This document shows, piece by piece, positions 56,239-64,000 of a stretch of DNA of 64,000 nucleotides. Every line of letters begins with the position of its first letter. The stretch's first letter is position 1. The position numbers and the translations under genes are program-made. Location of the stretch: NCBI GenBank assembly GCA_016200485.1, contig JACQEP010000016.1:139067-203066 (forward strand). The letters run 5' to 3'. The stretch comes from Gammaproteobacteria bacterium. GTDB lineage: Bacteria > Pseudomonadota > Gammaproteobacteria > Tenderiales > Tenderiaceae. The notes below the pieces were generated by a model. That model did not search any database. It worked only from the letters and a program-made list of their open reading frames with translations, and was not told where the DNA came from.

Positions 56239-56407
56239 GGTAGGGCGGAAAAGCGTAGCGCCTTCCGCCGCATGAAGTTGCATAAATGAATCCCATCATG
56301 CCAAATGATTATTGGAACTGTCGAGCCCAAGAAAAACCTCGCACCTTCGCCTCAAATGGGCCTGAAGAGAACATACGGCGGAAGGCGCTACGCTTTTCCG
56401 CCCTACC
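56239..56407. mobile_element. REP doublet (REPIN-like, family B)
   Basis: 56239-56270 and 56376-56407 are exact 32-bp reverse complements (GGTAGGGCGGAAAAGCGTAGCGCCTTCCGCCG). Confidence 0.8.
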
Positions 56408-56586
56408 TAAAGAGACTACATCTGCCTTACAAGCAGGGATCCGTCGCCGGTTCTGACGCTGAGCCAAATGTTTGTGTGATCGAATTACCTTGAATGATTT
56501 GAACAATCTGTGACAAACCAAAGGTAATACTGAAAAACTGGCAAAACGAGTTGGGATCGGTCGTCGGCGCACCCTACATAGTAAGC

Positions 56587-56676
56587 GTAGCCTGGGTTGA
56601 GCGTTTTTTGCGAAACCCGGGTTATTGATGGCTACAACTGTACACCCTGAGTTTCACTTCGTGAAGCCCAGGGTGC
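56587..56676. repeat. Degenerate REP doublet (family C)
   Basis: GTAGCCTGGGTTGAGCG..CGAAACCCGGG and CCCTGAGTTTCAC..GAAGCCCAGGGTGC. Confidence 0.6.
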
Positions 56677-57115
56677 ACAAGCCAAACATCCTGCATCTTG
56701 ATGTCCTAAGTAGGTATTTACTCAGCTTATGAGTGGTGTCGAAATCGTGATGCTGCGTGTTTGGCGCGGCGTTGGCCATTATGAAAACATGGGCATCGTT
56801 GGTGGCAGTATTTGCTAGTTGAGAGCGATGACTTGAATGTAACCCTAAGTTGTCCATTTTCATTGCCAGTGAAATATTGCTGATAGCAATTTTGGTGATC
56901 GCGTCTAATATGATGTCATGTTCCTTGGTATGTAGAAGCGAAAGGTCAGCGTTTGCATTTGTTTGTCTTGTTGATAATTGCCAAGGTAATGGGGGGTCAT
57001 GCCGTGGCATCAGCGGGCTATTAACGGGGAGTAGTCACTTTATTTGGTTTGTCCGGCATGAGTAAGAAACGAAGGGAATTTGGACGGACGGTTAGAATAA
57101 TCAAGGAGAAATAAC

Positions 57116-57823
57116 ATGTTCGGTTTTCAAGAAAATTATCGCATGTTCTTTAGATTAATCGGAGTTTTGCTGGCGCTTTCTGCCTATGCGGGGGTTGGTG
57201 AGGCGAGCCCGGTGTGGGAACTGGTGCCGGCGAAAGGCAAAGTTGTGTTCTGGTGGACTGAGGAAAGTGCTGCAATTACGCTTCCAGAAGAAAGGCAAAA
57301 TAATACTAATGAGGCGAAGTGGGAAAAATTTGAAAATCCTCCAGCCAACGCAACGGATTGGCGACAGTGGACGGAAGATAAAGACGGCAAGCGCTCCGAC
57401 GTGATCGGAGGGAATATCAAGAAAACCAATCCATGGAATTGGGAGCCACTTGACACTCTGCCTGCTGTGGACTGGCGGATTCCAGACCTCTTTGCGGTAG
57501 AACCGAACTTGCAGACGCTCTATACGGCAGTAAATCTTGATTTGTATTTGGCTAACAATCCATGGCCATTATTGTCGATTGGCGACCTATTATCGATCGC
57601 TGACGGCAAAATATCCGGTCTGCAAGGTATTTATTTGAGTTCGACTGAATTTACGTTTGATCCAAACTCTGAAAACGGGTTTGTGGGAACCGCGTTTAAT
57701 GGCTTGGCGCGAGCTGGTGCTTTTCACAGCAGCGTGCCGGAACCGACGGCAATCTCGTTGCTTGGATTAGGGCTGGCATGCTTGCCTGTGTTCAAGAGAG
57801 TTCGCAGCGCCAAGACGGGCTGA
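57116..57823 (+). CDS. PEP-CTERM sorting domain protein
   Basis: Signal peptide; C-terminal VPEPTAISLLGLGLACL plus basic tail; AGGAG RBS. Confidence 0.9.
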   Translation: MFGFQENYRMFFRLIGVLLALSAYAGVGEASPVWELVPAKGKVVFWWTEESAAITLPEERQNNTNEAKWEKFENPPANATDWRQWTEDKDGKRSDVIGGNIKKTNPWNWEPLDTLPAVDWRIPDLFAVEPNLQTLYTAVNLDLYLANNPWPLLSIGDLLSIADGKISGLQGIYLSSTEFTFDPNSENGFVGTAFNGLARAGAFHSSVPEPTAISLLGLGLACLPVFKRVRSAKTG

Positions 57824-57989
57824 CATACTGCTCTGACAATTAACCCTAATTTGAAGAACACAAGTTTTTCAACGCGCCTAAGACGTAATGGCAGAGCGCC
57901 AATAGGCGAAGCCGTATTGCGCCGGATGGAAGCGCAACGCGTTTGTGAAAACTTAAACTACCGTAGCTAAGACGCTACTGGCCCAAAAG

Positions 57990-58091
57990 TTATTTTGATT
58001 CATTCTTGTTTTTCTTCGCCGCTTTTTTCTCTTTTGGAGTCATGGCGGGCTTCTTTTTACTCTCTTTATTACTTTTTTGTTCCTTGCCCAT
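57990..58091 (-). CDS. 33-aa lysine-rich small protein
   Basis: Below the ORF-track cutoff; AGGAG RBS then MGKEQKSNKESKKKPAMTPKEKKAAKKNKNESK*. Confidence 0.65.
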   Translation of the reverse strand: MGKEQKSNKESKKKPAMTPKEKKAAKKNKNESK

Positions 58092-58346
58092 GGCGCTCAC
58101 TCCTAATAATGAATGGGAAATCTTCGGGTTAGTTATTACAACTCAGTTTAACGGAACCGACAATGATTTTCTGACAACACTGCACAAGATACTGAGATAG
58201 AAAGGGAAGTGATCCCTCCGTCGGTAACTACGGAGTATTTCGCCGTCTGGCATGAGATGAGCCAGCGCTGGCGAAAATAGCAGACGCCAATCCACAATAC
58301 CATGAATATAGACACTGGGTTCCACTCTTTTCGGCAACCCAGACAA

Positions 58347-58371
58347 GTAGGGTGCGCATAGCGCACCCTAC
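58347..58371. repeat. GTAG-type REP palindrome
   Basis: GTAGGGTGCGC-ATA-GCGCACCCTAC. Confidence 0.8.
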
Positions 58372-58447
58372 ATCTTGGACTTTATGACATATGCTTTCCG
58401 GTGGTGAGTTAAAAATAAATGGGGGCGCAACACCACAACGGGATCAG

Positions 58448-58480
58448 TTCCAACATTCCAACATTAATCTCCCATTGCAC
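58448..58480 (+). repeat. 33-bp direct repeat, copy 1
   Basis: TTCCAACATTCCAACATTAATCTCCCATTGCAC; 30/33 identical to 60034-60066. Confidence 0.85.
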
Positions 58481-58553
58481 TAACGCGTAAGACGTAATGG
58501 CAGGGCTCAAAAGCTCAATCCATTTTGATCGCTCGGCAATCACTCAGTTGCGT

Positions 58554-59870
58554 TTAATCTTCACTATCACTCGTGGCCGTCACATCAGTCGCGTGGGCGT
58601 GGCGGGCGAGCACCTTGTCGATGCGCTTGCCATCGAGGTCGACCACCTCCAGCCGCCAATCCTCCCAGGTGACGATGTCGCCGGTGCGCGGCAGGTGGCC
58701 GAGCAGCCACATCACCATGCCGCTGAGGGTGTGATAGCGGCCGCGCTCCTCTTCGGGGACGCTCTTCAGCGCCAGCCGATCCTTCAGTTCGGGGATCGGG
58801 ATCAGTCCGTCGAGCAGCCAGGAGCCATCCTCGCGCTGTACGGCCCAAGCGTCTTCGAGATGGTGCGATTTGAATTCGCCGGTGACTGCTTCCAGCACAT
58901 CGTGGAGCGTGACCATGCCCTGCACTTCGCCGTACTCGTCGATGACAAAGACCAGATGGGTGCTGGAGGCGCGGAACTGTTCGAGCAGTTCCATGCCGGT
59001 GAGTGACTCGGGCACATAGACGACCGACTGCAACTGGTAAGTGAGATCGGCCCTGGCCCCCTTGAGGGTCTGGTTGAAAAGCTGCTTGGCGGTGATGATA
59101 CCGACGATGTCACCCAGGCCGCCGCGGCAGACAGGGAAACGGGAGTGATCCGATTCCGCCATGCGGGCAAGGTTCTCCTCCAGCGGACGGTTGAGGTCGA
59201 GCCAGACGATGTCGGCACGCGGCACCATCAGGGTGCCGAGCTGGCGGTCATCGAGGCGGAACACATTACGCACCATCTCATGCTCACTCTTATCGATGAT
59301 GCCCGACTCCGACCCCTCTTCCAGCATGGCGTGGATTTCCTCCTCGGTCACCCCCTGCGCCCCCAGGTCGCGGGTGCCGAGCAGCCGCAGTAGCAGAGCG
59401 GTCGAGCGCATCAGCAGCCACACAAACGGGCGCGAAGCAACGGCCAGGGCATTCATGGGGCGCGCCACCAAGCAGGCGATGCGTTCGGGATCCATCTGGC
59501 CGATGCGCTTGGGCACCAGCTCGCCGACAACAATCGAGATATAGGTGATGACCACCACTACCAGCACTGTGGCGCCGATCTCGCTGGGCCGCTGTTCGAA
59601 GCCAAGCTCCTGAAGCCAGAGCGCAAACGGCTCCGCCAGGGCGGCCTCGCCGACGATGCCGTTGAGGATGCCGATGGAGGTGATGCCGATCTGGATGGTG
59701 GAGAGGAAGCGGGTCGGCTCCTCGCCCAGTTTGATGGCCATCGCGGCGGAGCAGTCACCCGCCTCCGCCAGACGGGCCAAGCGCAGGCGGCGGGCGGCGA
59801 TGAGCGCGATCTCGGACATGGCAAATGCGCCATTCAACAGGATCAGGGCAGCGAGGATCAGAATTTCCAT
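58554..59870 (-). CDS. Hemolysin family / HlyC-CorC (CNNM) transporter
   Basis: LNGAFAMSEIA, FLSTIQIGIT, GELVPK, CBS pair (HSRFPV, VIDEYG), CorC C-terminus. Confidence 0.95.
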   Translation of the reverse strand: MEILILAALILLNGAFAMSEIALIAARRLRLARLAEAGDCSAAMAIKLGEEPTRFLSTIQIGITSIGILNGIVGEAALAEPFALWLQELGFEQRPSEIGATVLVVVVITYISIVVGELVPKRIGQMDPERIACLVARPMNALAVASRPFVWLLMRSTALLLRLLGTRDLGAQGVTEEEIHAMLEEGSESGIIDKSEHEMVRNVFRLDDRQLGTLMVPRADIVWLDLNRPLEENLARMAESDHSRFPVCRGGLGDIVGIITAKQLFNQTLKGARADLTYQLQSVVYVPESLTGMELLEQFRASSTHLVFVIDEYGEVQGMVTLHDVLEAVTGEFKSHHLEDAWAVQREDGSWLLDGLIPIPELKDRLALKSVPEEERGRYHTLSGMVMWLLGHLPRTGDIVTWEDWRLEVVDLDGKRIDKVLARHAHATDVTATSDSED

Positions 59871-60033
59871 GGGGCAGTTTCCGGAATAGACAATGAAAAG
59901 AAGCGGCTCACGAACGGTAGTCCGAGGCACGGGGCTATATATTACACGAGGCGCTACAGCGACTGTTTTAAGTGCCATTCGGGTCGGAGCCCTTAATCCT
60001 CTCAATAAACCATCAGCACGCGGCCCGGGGCAC

Positions 60034-60066
60034 TTCTAACATTCCAACATTGATCTCTCATTGCAC
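60034..60066 (+). repeat. 33-bp direct repeat, copy 2
   Basis: TTCTAACATTCCAACATTGATCTCTCATTGCAC. Confidence 0.85.
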
Positions 60067-60328
60067 CAGCGTGAAAGAACATTCCTAAACCTGTTCGTCA
60101 CGTGCCTATTGCTTGGCCTCTTGACTTACCTTCATCTATCGAGCGACATATATATTTAACTGACTATAATTATTCTTGCATTGGCGGATATCAGACTGGC
60201 TCAATAAAACCGTGCTAACCGCTTAATTCGAGCGGTTATCTGAATTTAATCGCAACACGCCAGTCAAATCAGAGTGTCATTTTCTTGCGGGTATCAATAA
60301 TCATCAGAAACCCGCATAGGAGGTAGGT

Positions 60329-61198
60329 ATGTTTAAAAATGTAACAACTATCATCCACCATATTTCAATATTAGCCTTGAGCGCTGCTATTGCCCTATCG
60401 CTGCCTTACACAGGTAAATTTGTTGCAGACAATTACCTAACCTATTGGTCACTTATCGAAAGCGAAAAGGTGTTCCCTATTTCCGTGGAAATTGTGTTTG
60501 CAATACTGCTGATCATTTTTCTAAACTTTTTAGGGATGAGCTGGAAAGATAGGAAATTCTCTAGAATGGCTACTGTTGATATGGGCCTTGTGCTTGTAGC
60601 ACATGCAGAAAGTCTTCGCTCGAAAAAGCGAGCGAAAAAACTTAAAGAAGAACATGGCATTGCAAAAGATGTGTTGTTAATTGGCTCAACGGGCTTCGAT
60701 ACATTCGTAACCCAGGAAGGGGATCTACATCAGATAATACAGAATTGCCGTGAAGCGAAGATAATGCTCCTGAATCCCTCTAGCGAAGGGGCAAACTTCC
60801 GCGCAAAGAGCATCCCCAATCCTGACGTAACACCTGAACGTTTCAGGAATCAGATCGCCAAGAGCATTGATTTTTTGAAAAACCTCAAATCTCTCCAGAA
60901 AAATATAAGACTGAAGTTGTACGAGGAGACGCCATTTCTTAAGCTTGTTATCCTCGGAGATTATATGTTTATGAAGTATTATCACGCTGGCCTGAGTGGA
61001 CAGGACATGCCGGAATATATATTTAAACATTCTCCAAACCAAAGCAGTCTGTTCCATCCTTTCTATCAGTTTTTTCTTTCAAAATGGCGTGATCCGAATA
61101 TCCCAGAATATGATTTTGATTCTGATGAGTTGATATATAGGGATACTTCCGGAAATGAGACTAAAAGAGAGAAATTTCTGCAATACATTACAGATTAA
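60329..61198 (+). CDS. Hypothetical protein: two N-terminal TM helices + DUF5919/PLD-like domain
   Basis: AGGAGG RBS; KIMLLNPSS and IRLKLYEETPFLKLVILGD segments; visibly AT-rich. Confidence 0.75.
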   Translation: MFKNVTTIIHHISILALSAAIALSLPYTGKFVADNYLTYWSLIESEKVFPISVEIVFAILLIIFLNFLGMSWKDRKFSRMATVDMGLVLVAHAESLRSKKRAKKLKEEHGIAKDVLLIGSTGFDTFVTQEGDLHQIIQNCREAKIMLLNPSSEGANFRAKSIPNPDVTPERFRNQIAKSIDFLKNLKSLQKNIRLKLYEETPFLKLVILGDYMFMKYYHAGLSGQDMPEYIFKHSPNQSSLFHPFYQFFLSKWRDPNIPEYDFDSDELIYRDTSGNETKREKFLQYITD

Positions 61199-61428
61199 AG
61201 AGATTATCCGGCCGAAAGTTTGCGCCCCATATCCATATCCCGCAAACGCTGGGTATCACCGAATCTTTGCCATCGACGTAACTCCATAACGGGAACACCT
61301 GCTTCCACATTGGCACAGAGATGGAGCATAGCAAGCGCGGCTTGATGTGATGGGTTGAGAAGAATTAAAGGTGGCAAGGCCCTTAACACTTTATCGAGAA
61401 ATATTCCTTACTGTGGTAAGTTGAAGAT

Positions 61429-61458
61429 AAGCGGGGACGTAACCGCCCCCGCTTTTTT
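61429..61458. terminator. Probable bidirectional terminator
   Basis: AAGCGGGG...CCCCGCTT hairpin with a T tract on plus and TTATCTT on minus. Confidence 0.7.
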
Positions 61459-61928
61459 TATGCCGCTTTAACTGACTCCGCCTGCCCCTCAATAGGCGTG
61501 GCGCCCCCCGCGTTGATCTCGATGCGTTTTGGTTTCATTGCTTCGGGGATCACGCGTTTCAGATCCACGGTCAGCAATCCGTTTTGCAGTTTGGCGCCGG
61601 TGACTTCAACATGATCCGCGAGATTGAATTTGCGCTCAAAGGCACGGGTGGCGATGCCATGATGCAGATAATTGCGTTTTTGATTGTCGTCGGCCTTTCT
61701 GCCTTTAATGCTTAACATGCCGCGCTCGACCTGAATATCAATCTCGGTGTCGGCAAACCCGGCGACGGCGAGGGTGATGGCGTAACGGTTTTCATCAAGC
61801 ACTTCGATGTTGTATGGCGGGTAACCGGGGGCAGTTTGTTCGGCGTGGAAGGCGCCTTCCAATAATGAGGCCAGGCGATCAAAGCCAACGCTGTTGCGAT
61901 ACAGGGGTGTTAAATCGATTGTGGTCAT
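61458..61928 (-). CDS. ibpA: Small heat-shock protein (IbpA/Hsp20)
   Basis: PLYRNSVGFDRL, YPPYNIE, YLHHGIATRAFER, NGLL, IPEAMKP. Confidence 0.93.
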   Translation of the reverse strand: MTTIDLTPLYRNSVGFDRLASLLEGAFHAEQTAPGYPPYNIEVLDENRYAITLAVAGFADTEIDIQVERGMLSIKGRKADDNQKRNYLHHGIATRAFERKFNLADHVEVTGAKLQNGLLTVDLKRVIPEAMKPKRIEINAGGATPIEGQAESVKAA

Positions 61929-61930
61929 GG

Positions 61931-61954
61931 CATATCCTCCTTTGAAGCGATATG
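61931..61954 (-). promoter_or_regulatory. ROSE-like RNA thermometer hairpin
   Basis: CAUAUCGCUU-CAAA-GGAGGAUAUG: UCGCU motif opposite the Shine-Dalgarno. Confidence 0.7.
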
Positions 61955-62014
61955 AAAATAATCAACTAGTTAGGTGAGCATGCGCCGATTAGCCCCATGC
62001 CCACATCAATAAAA

Positions 62015-62040
62015 ATGTGGGCGGGGAAAAGAATTTCAAG
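62015..62040 (-). promoter_or_regulatory. Sigma-32 promoter
   Basis: CTTGAAA-N12-CCCACAT upstream of the Hsp20 gene. Confidence 0.7.
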
Positions 62041-62086
62041 CGTTGATCTTGCAGGAGAGAGGGAGCAGAACCCTTAATGCGTTACG

Positions 62087-62731
62087 TTACGCCCGATCAA
62101 TGGGGCGCAACACCAGCAGCAAGACTATGCTACCGACAAGAAACCACACCGGACCCAGCAACCATAGCGTCAGCGGAATGGCCAGATAAAAACCTCGCAT
62201 CCCCAACGTATAGTGACGGGCACCACGCTCCAGCAAGCGTCTGGCGCTCTCCGCACCGACATCCGGCACATCTTCTCGTGGCGGTACTGTGAGTGCAAAA
62301 CAGGCGTGGTTGTAGTAACGAATTGCCAATGTGAAATTAAAAAAGGCAAAGAAAAAATCGATCGCGAGAAGCATCAGCTTTTCCAGCCACAACGCAGGAG
62401 CCACTGCCTCCACCCGATGCAACAGACCGGCCAATTCTCCTTGCCTGTCGGCAGTGAGGGCAAGATTGAAAACACCGAGCGCAATCAGAATGGCAGCTGA
62501 AGCAAGAAAGGTCGAGGCCATCGTCCAATTGCGCAAGGTTTGCACTGCCAGGATGTCGCGCTTGCGCGCGATGACGTCCTCAACCCAACGAGCACGGACC
62601 TCGTCGGCAGCACCGATGGCAGTCGCCAGTGGTGTTAAACGCACTTTGCGGTAGAGATGAACATGATAAAAAACCAAGAGCAACAAGGCCAATGGACTTA
62701 ATCCGAATTCAATCGCGCGCATAAAATCCAT
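62087..62731 (-). CDS. DUF599 family membrane protein
   Basis: ILAVQTLRNWTMASTFLAS, AIRYYNH, GMRGFYLAIPLTLWLLGP. Confidence 0.88.
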   Translation of the reverse strand: MDFMRAIEFGLSPLALLLLVFYHVHLYRKVRLTPLATAIGAADEVRARWVEDVIARKRDILAVQTLRNWTMASTFLASAAILIALGVFNLALTADRQGELAGLLHRVEAVAPALWLEKLMLLAIDFFFAFFNFTLAIRYYNHACFALTVPPREDVPDVGAESARRLLERGARHYTLGMRGFYLAIPLTLWLLGPVWFLVGSIVLLLVLRPIDRA

Positions 62732-62834
62732 TATGTGTTGTTCCTTACGATAAAGGGATGGGATCCTTTAATACTTTACTTTAATTCGTTAATCATGCCC
62801 ACGATAGAGCGTCTTTACAGCCTACCATTAACGA

Positions 62835-64000
62835 TTACTGAATCTTTTGCGCCTTGAAATACCGCCCCTTGATTTTTCCCGTTGTGAGTTGCTGCAGCGC
62901 CTGATTCGCCACGGAACGCTCGATAGCAACATAGGCTTGGTGATCAAAGATGTCGATCTTACCCACCTGACTTCCGGCGATGCCGGATTCGCCGGTCAAC
63001 GCGCCGAGGATATCGCCCGCACGCACTTTGCCTTTGCGTCCGCCTTCGATGCACAGCGTGACCATCGGTGGCTTGAGATCATGCTTGTTATTGACTTGCA
63101 AGGTGTCGATGGCAGCGATGGTGACCGGGCTTTTTTGATAATCTTCGATGGCATTGACACGATACGATTCGGCGGCGGTATACAGACTTAAAGCCAGCCC
63201 TGCTTTTCCGGCGCGACCGGTGCGCCCGATGCGATGGATGTGTACTTCCGGATCTTGACTCAATTCAAAATTGATCACGGCTTCCAGGTCTTTGATATCA
63301 AGTCCACGCGCGGCGACGTCGGTTGCAACCAGAATTGAACAGCTCTTGTTGGAAAAACGTACCAACACTTGATCGCGATCTTTTTGTTCCAGGTCACCAT
63401 GCAGCGCCAGCGCGCTAAAGCCTTTGGCTTGCAGCGTATCGGCGATCTCCTGGCATTGCAGTTTGGTGTTGCAAAAGATGGCGCATGACGCCGGATGATA
63501 ATGGCCTAATAGCGTGACCAGCGCCGCGAGGCGATGGCTGTTGCTGCTCACTTCATAAAACACTTGCTCGATCTTGGTCGAGGTGTGCGTGGCCTCAACA
63601 CTGACCCGGCTCGGGTTATTCTGCATCGATGCGCTGACTTGTTTAATTGCATCCGGATAAGTGGCAGAAAACAGCAAGGTTTGGCGCTGGCCGGGCGTGG
63701 CAGCGACAACTTCGGCGATGTCATCGTAAAAGCCCATGTCGAGCATGCGATCCGCCTCATCCAACACCAACACTTTCAATCGATCCAACTTGAGCGCACC
63801 CTTGCGCAAATGTTTAAGCACCCGCCCCGGTGTGCCGACGATGATATGCGCGCCGTGCTCCAACGAGCCCAACTGCGGGCCGGAGGGCACGCCACCGCAC
63901 AGCGTGAGCAGTTTTACGTTCGGGATGTACGTCGCCAGACGCCGGATCTCCTTGCTCACCTGGTCGGCAAGTTCACGCGTCGGGCATAACACCAAGGCTT
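62835..64000 (-). CDS. dbpA: ATP-dependent RNA helicase, 5' end outside the window
   Basis: PTRELA, TPGR, DEAD, SAT, HRIGRTGRAG; C-terminal GGRKGKVRAGDILGALT RNA-binding domain. Confidence 0.96.
   Translation of the reverse strand, partial: ALVLCPTRELADQVSKEIRRLATYIPNVKLLTLCGGVPSGPQLGSLEHGAHIIVGTPGRVLKHLRKGALKLDRLKVLVLDEADRMLDMGFYDDIAEVVAATPGQRQTLLFSATYPDAIKQVSASMQNNPSRVSVEATHTSTKIEQVFYEVSSNSHRLAALVTLLGHYHPASCAIFCNTKLQCQEIADTLQAKGFSALALHGDLEQKDRDQVLVRFSNKSCSILVATDVAARGLDIKDLEAVINFELSQDPEVHIHRIGRTGRAGKAGLALSLYTAAESYRVNAIEDYQKSPVTIAAIDTLQVNNKHDLKPPMVTLCIEGGRKGKVRAGDILGALTGESGIAGSQVGKIDIFDHQAYVAIERSVANQALQQLTTGKIKGRYFKAQKIQ

Noticed and set aside
55985..56676. Clustered palindromic repeats as a CRISPR array
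   Set aside because: The repeats alternate in orientation, differ in sequence, are irregularly spaced and start with GTAG, which fits REPs; no cas genes.
56654..57065. ORFs of 118 and 71 aa and a possible sigma-54 promoter upstream of the PEP-CTERM gene
   Set aside because: No protein motifs, and the GG...GC pairs I checked are 8-9 nt apart rather than the required 10.
59871..60005. 45-codon N-terminal extension of the corC/hlyC ORF
   Set aside because: The family-typical sequence starts at MEILIL (59870); the extension is more likely leader sequence.
61204..61389. 61-aa ORF whose MELRRWQRFGD segment faintly recalls an Hsp20 N-terminus
   Set aside because: Too short, no alpha-crystallin domain and no further support.

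Overview
Window from a moderately GC-rich gammaproteobacterial chromosome. Most of it is core genome: mpl-ubiX, clsB, tal, hemE, gltBD, damX-like, dgt, aroKB, pilMNOPQ, mrcA, gltA, mdh, malic enzyme, an Hsp20 gene and dbpA. There are two accessory patches. The first and most striking is a 2.74-kb non-autonomous element at 4478-7217. It has 47-bp terminal inverted repeats with Tn7/Tn5053-like end architecture and an exact 5-bp target duplication (CCAGC). It carries an array of five integron attC sites with cassettes (BrnTA, an ORF-less cassette, a peroxiredoxin, a PrcB-like lipoprotein and a truncated DUF4160/DUF2442 pair) but no integrase or transposase. The second (about 54.9-61.4 kb) is rich in REP/REPIN elements and holds a toxin-antitoxin pair, gene fragments, a PEP-CTERM gene, a direct-repeat-flanked CorC/HlyC gene and an AT-rich 2TM protein gene behind a structured leader. 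Other points of note: a MotA/ExbB + vWA ion-motor-like pair, four miniature inverted-repeat elements built from periodic heptamers, and sigma-28-like promoters including two upstream of pilM. No rRNA, tRNA or CRISPR array was recognised. All calls come from reading the sequence; no database searches were run.
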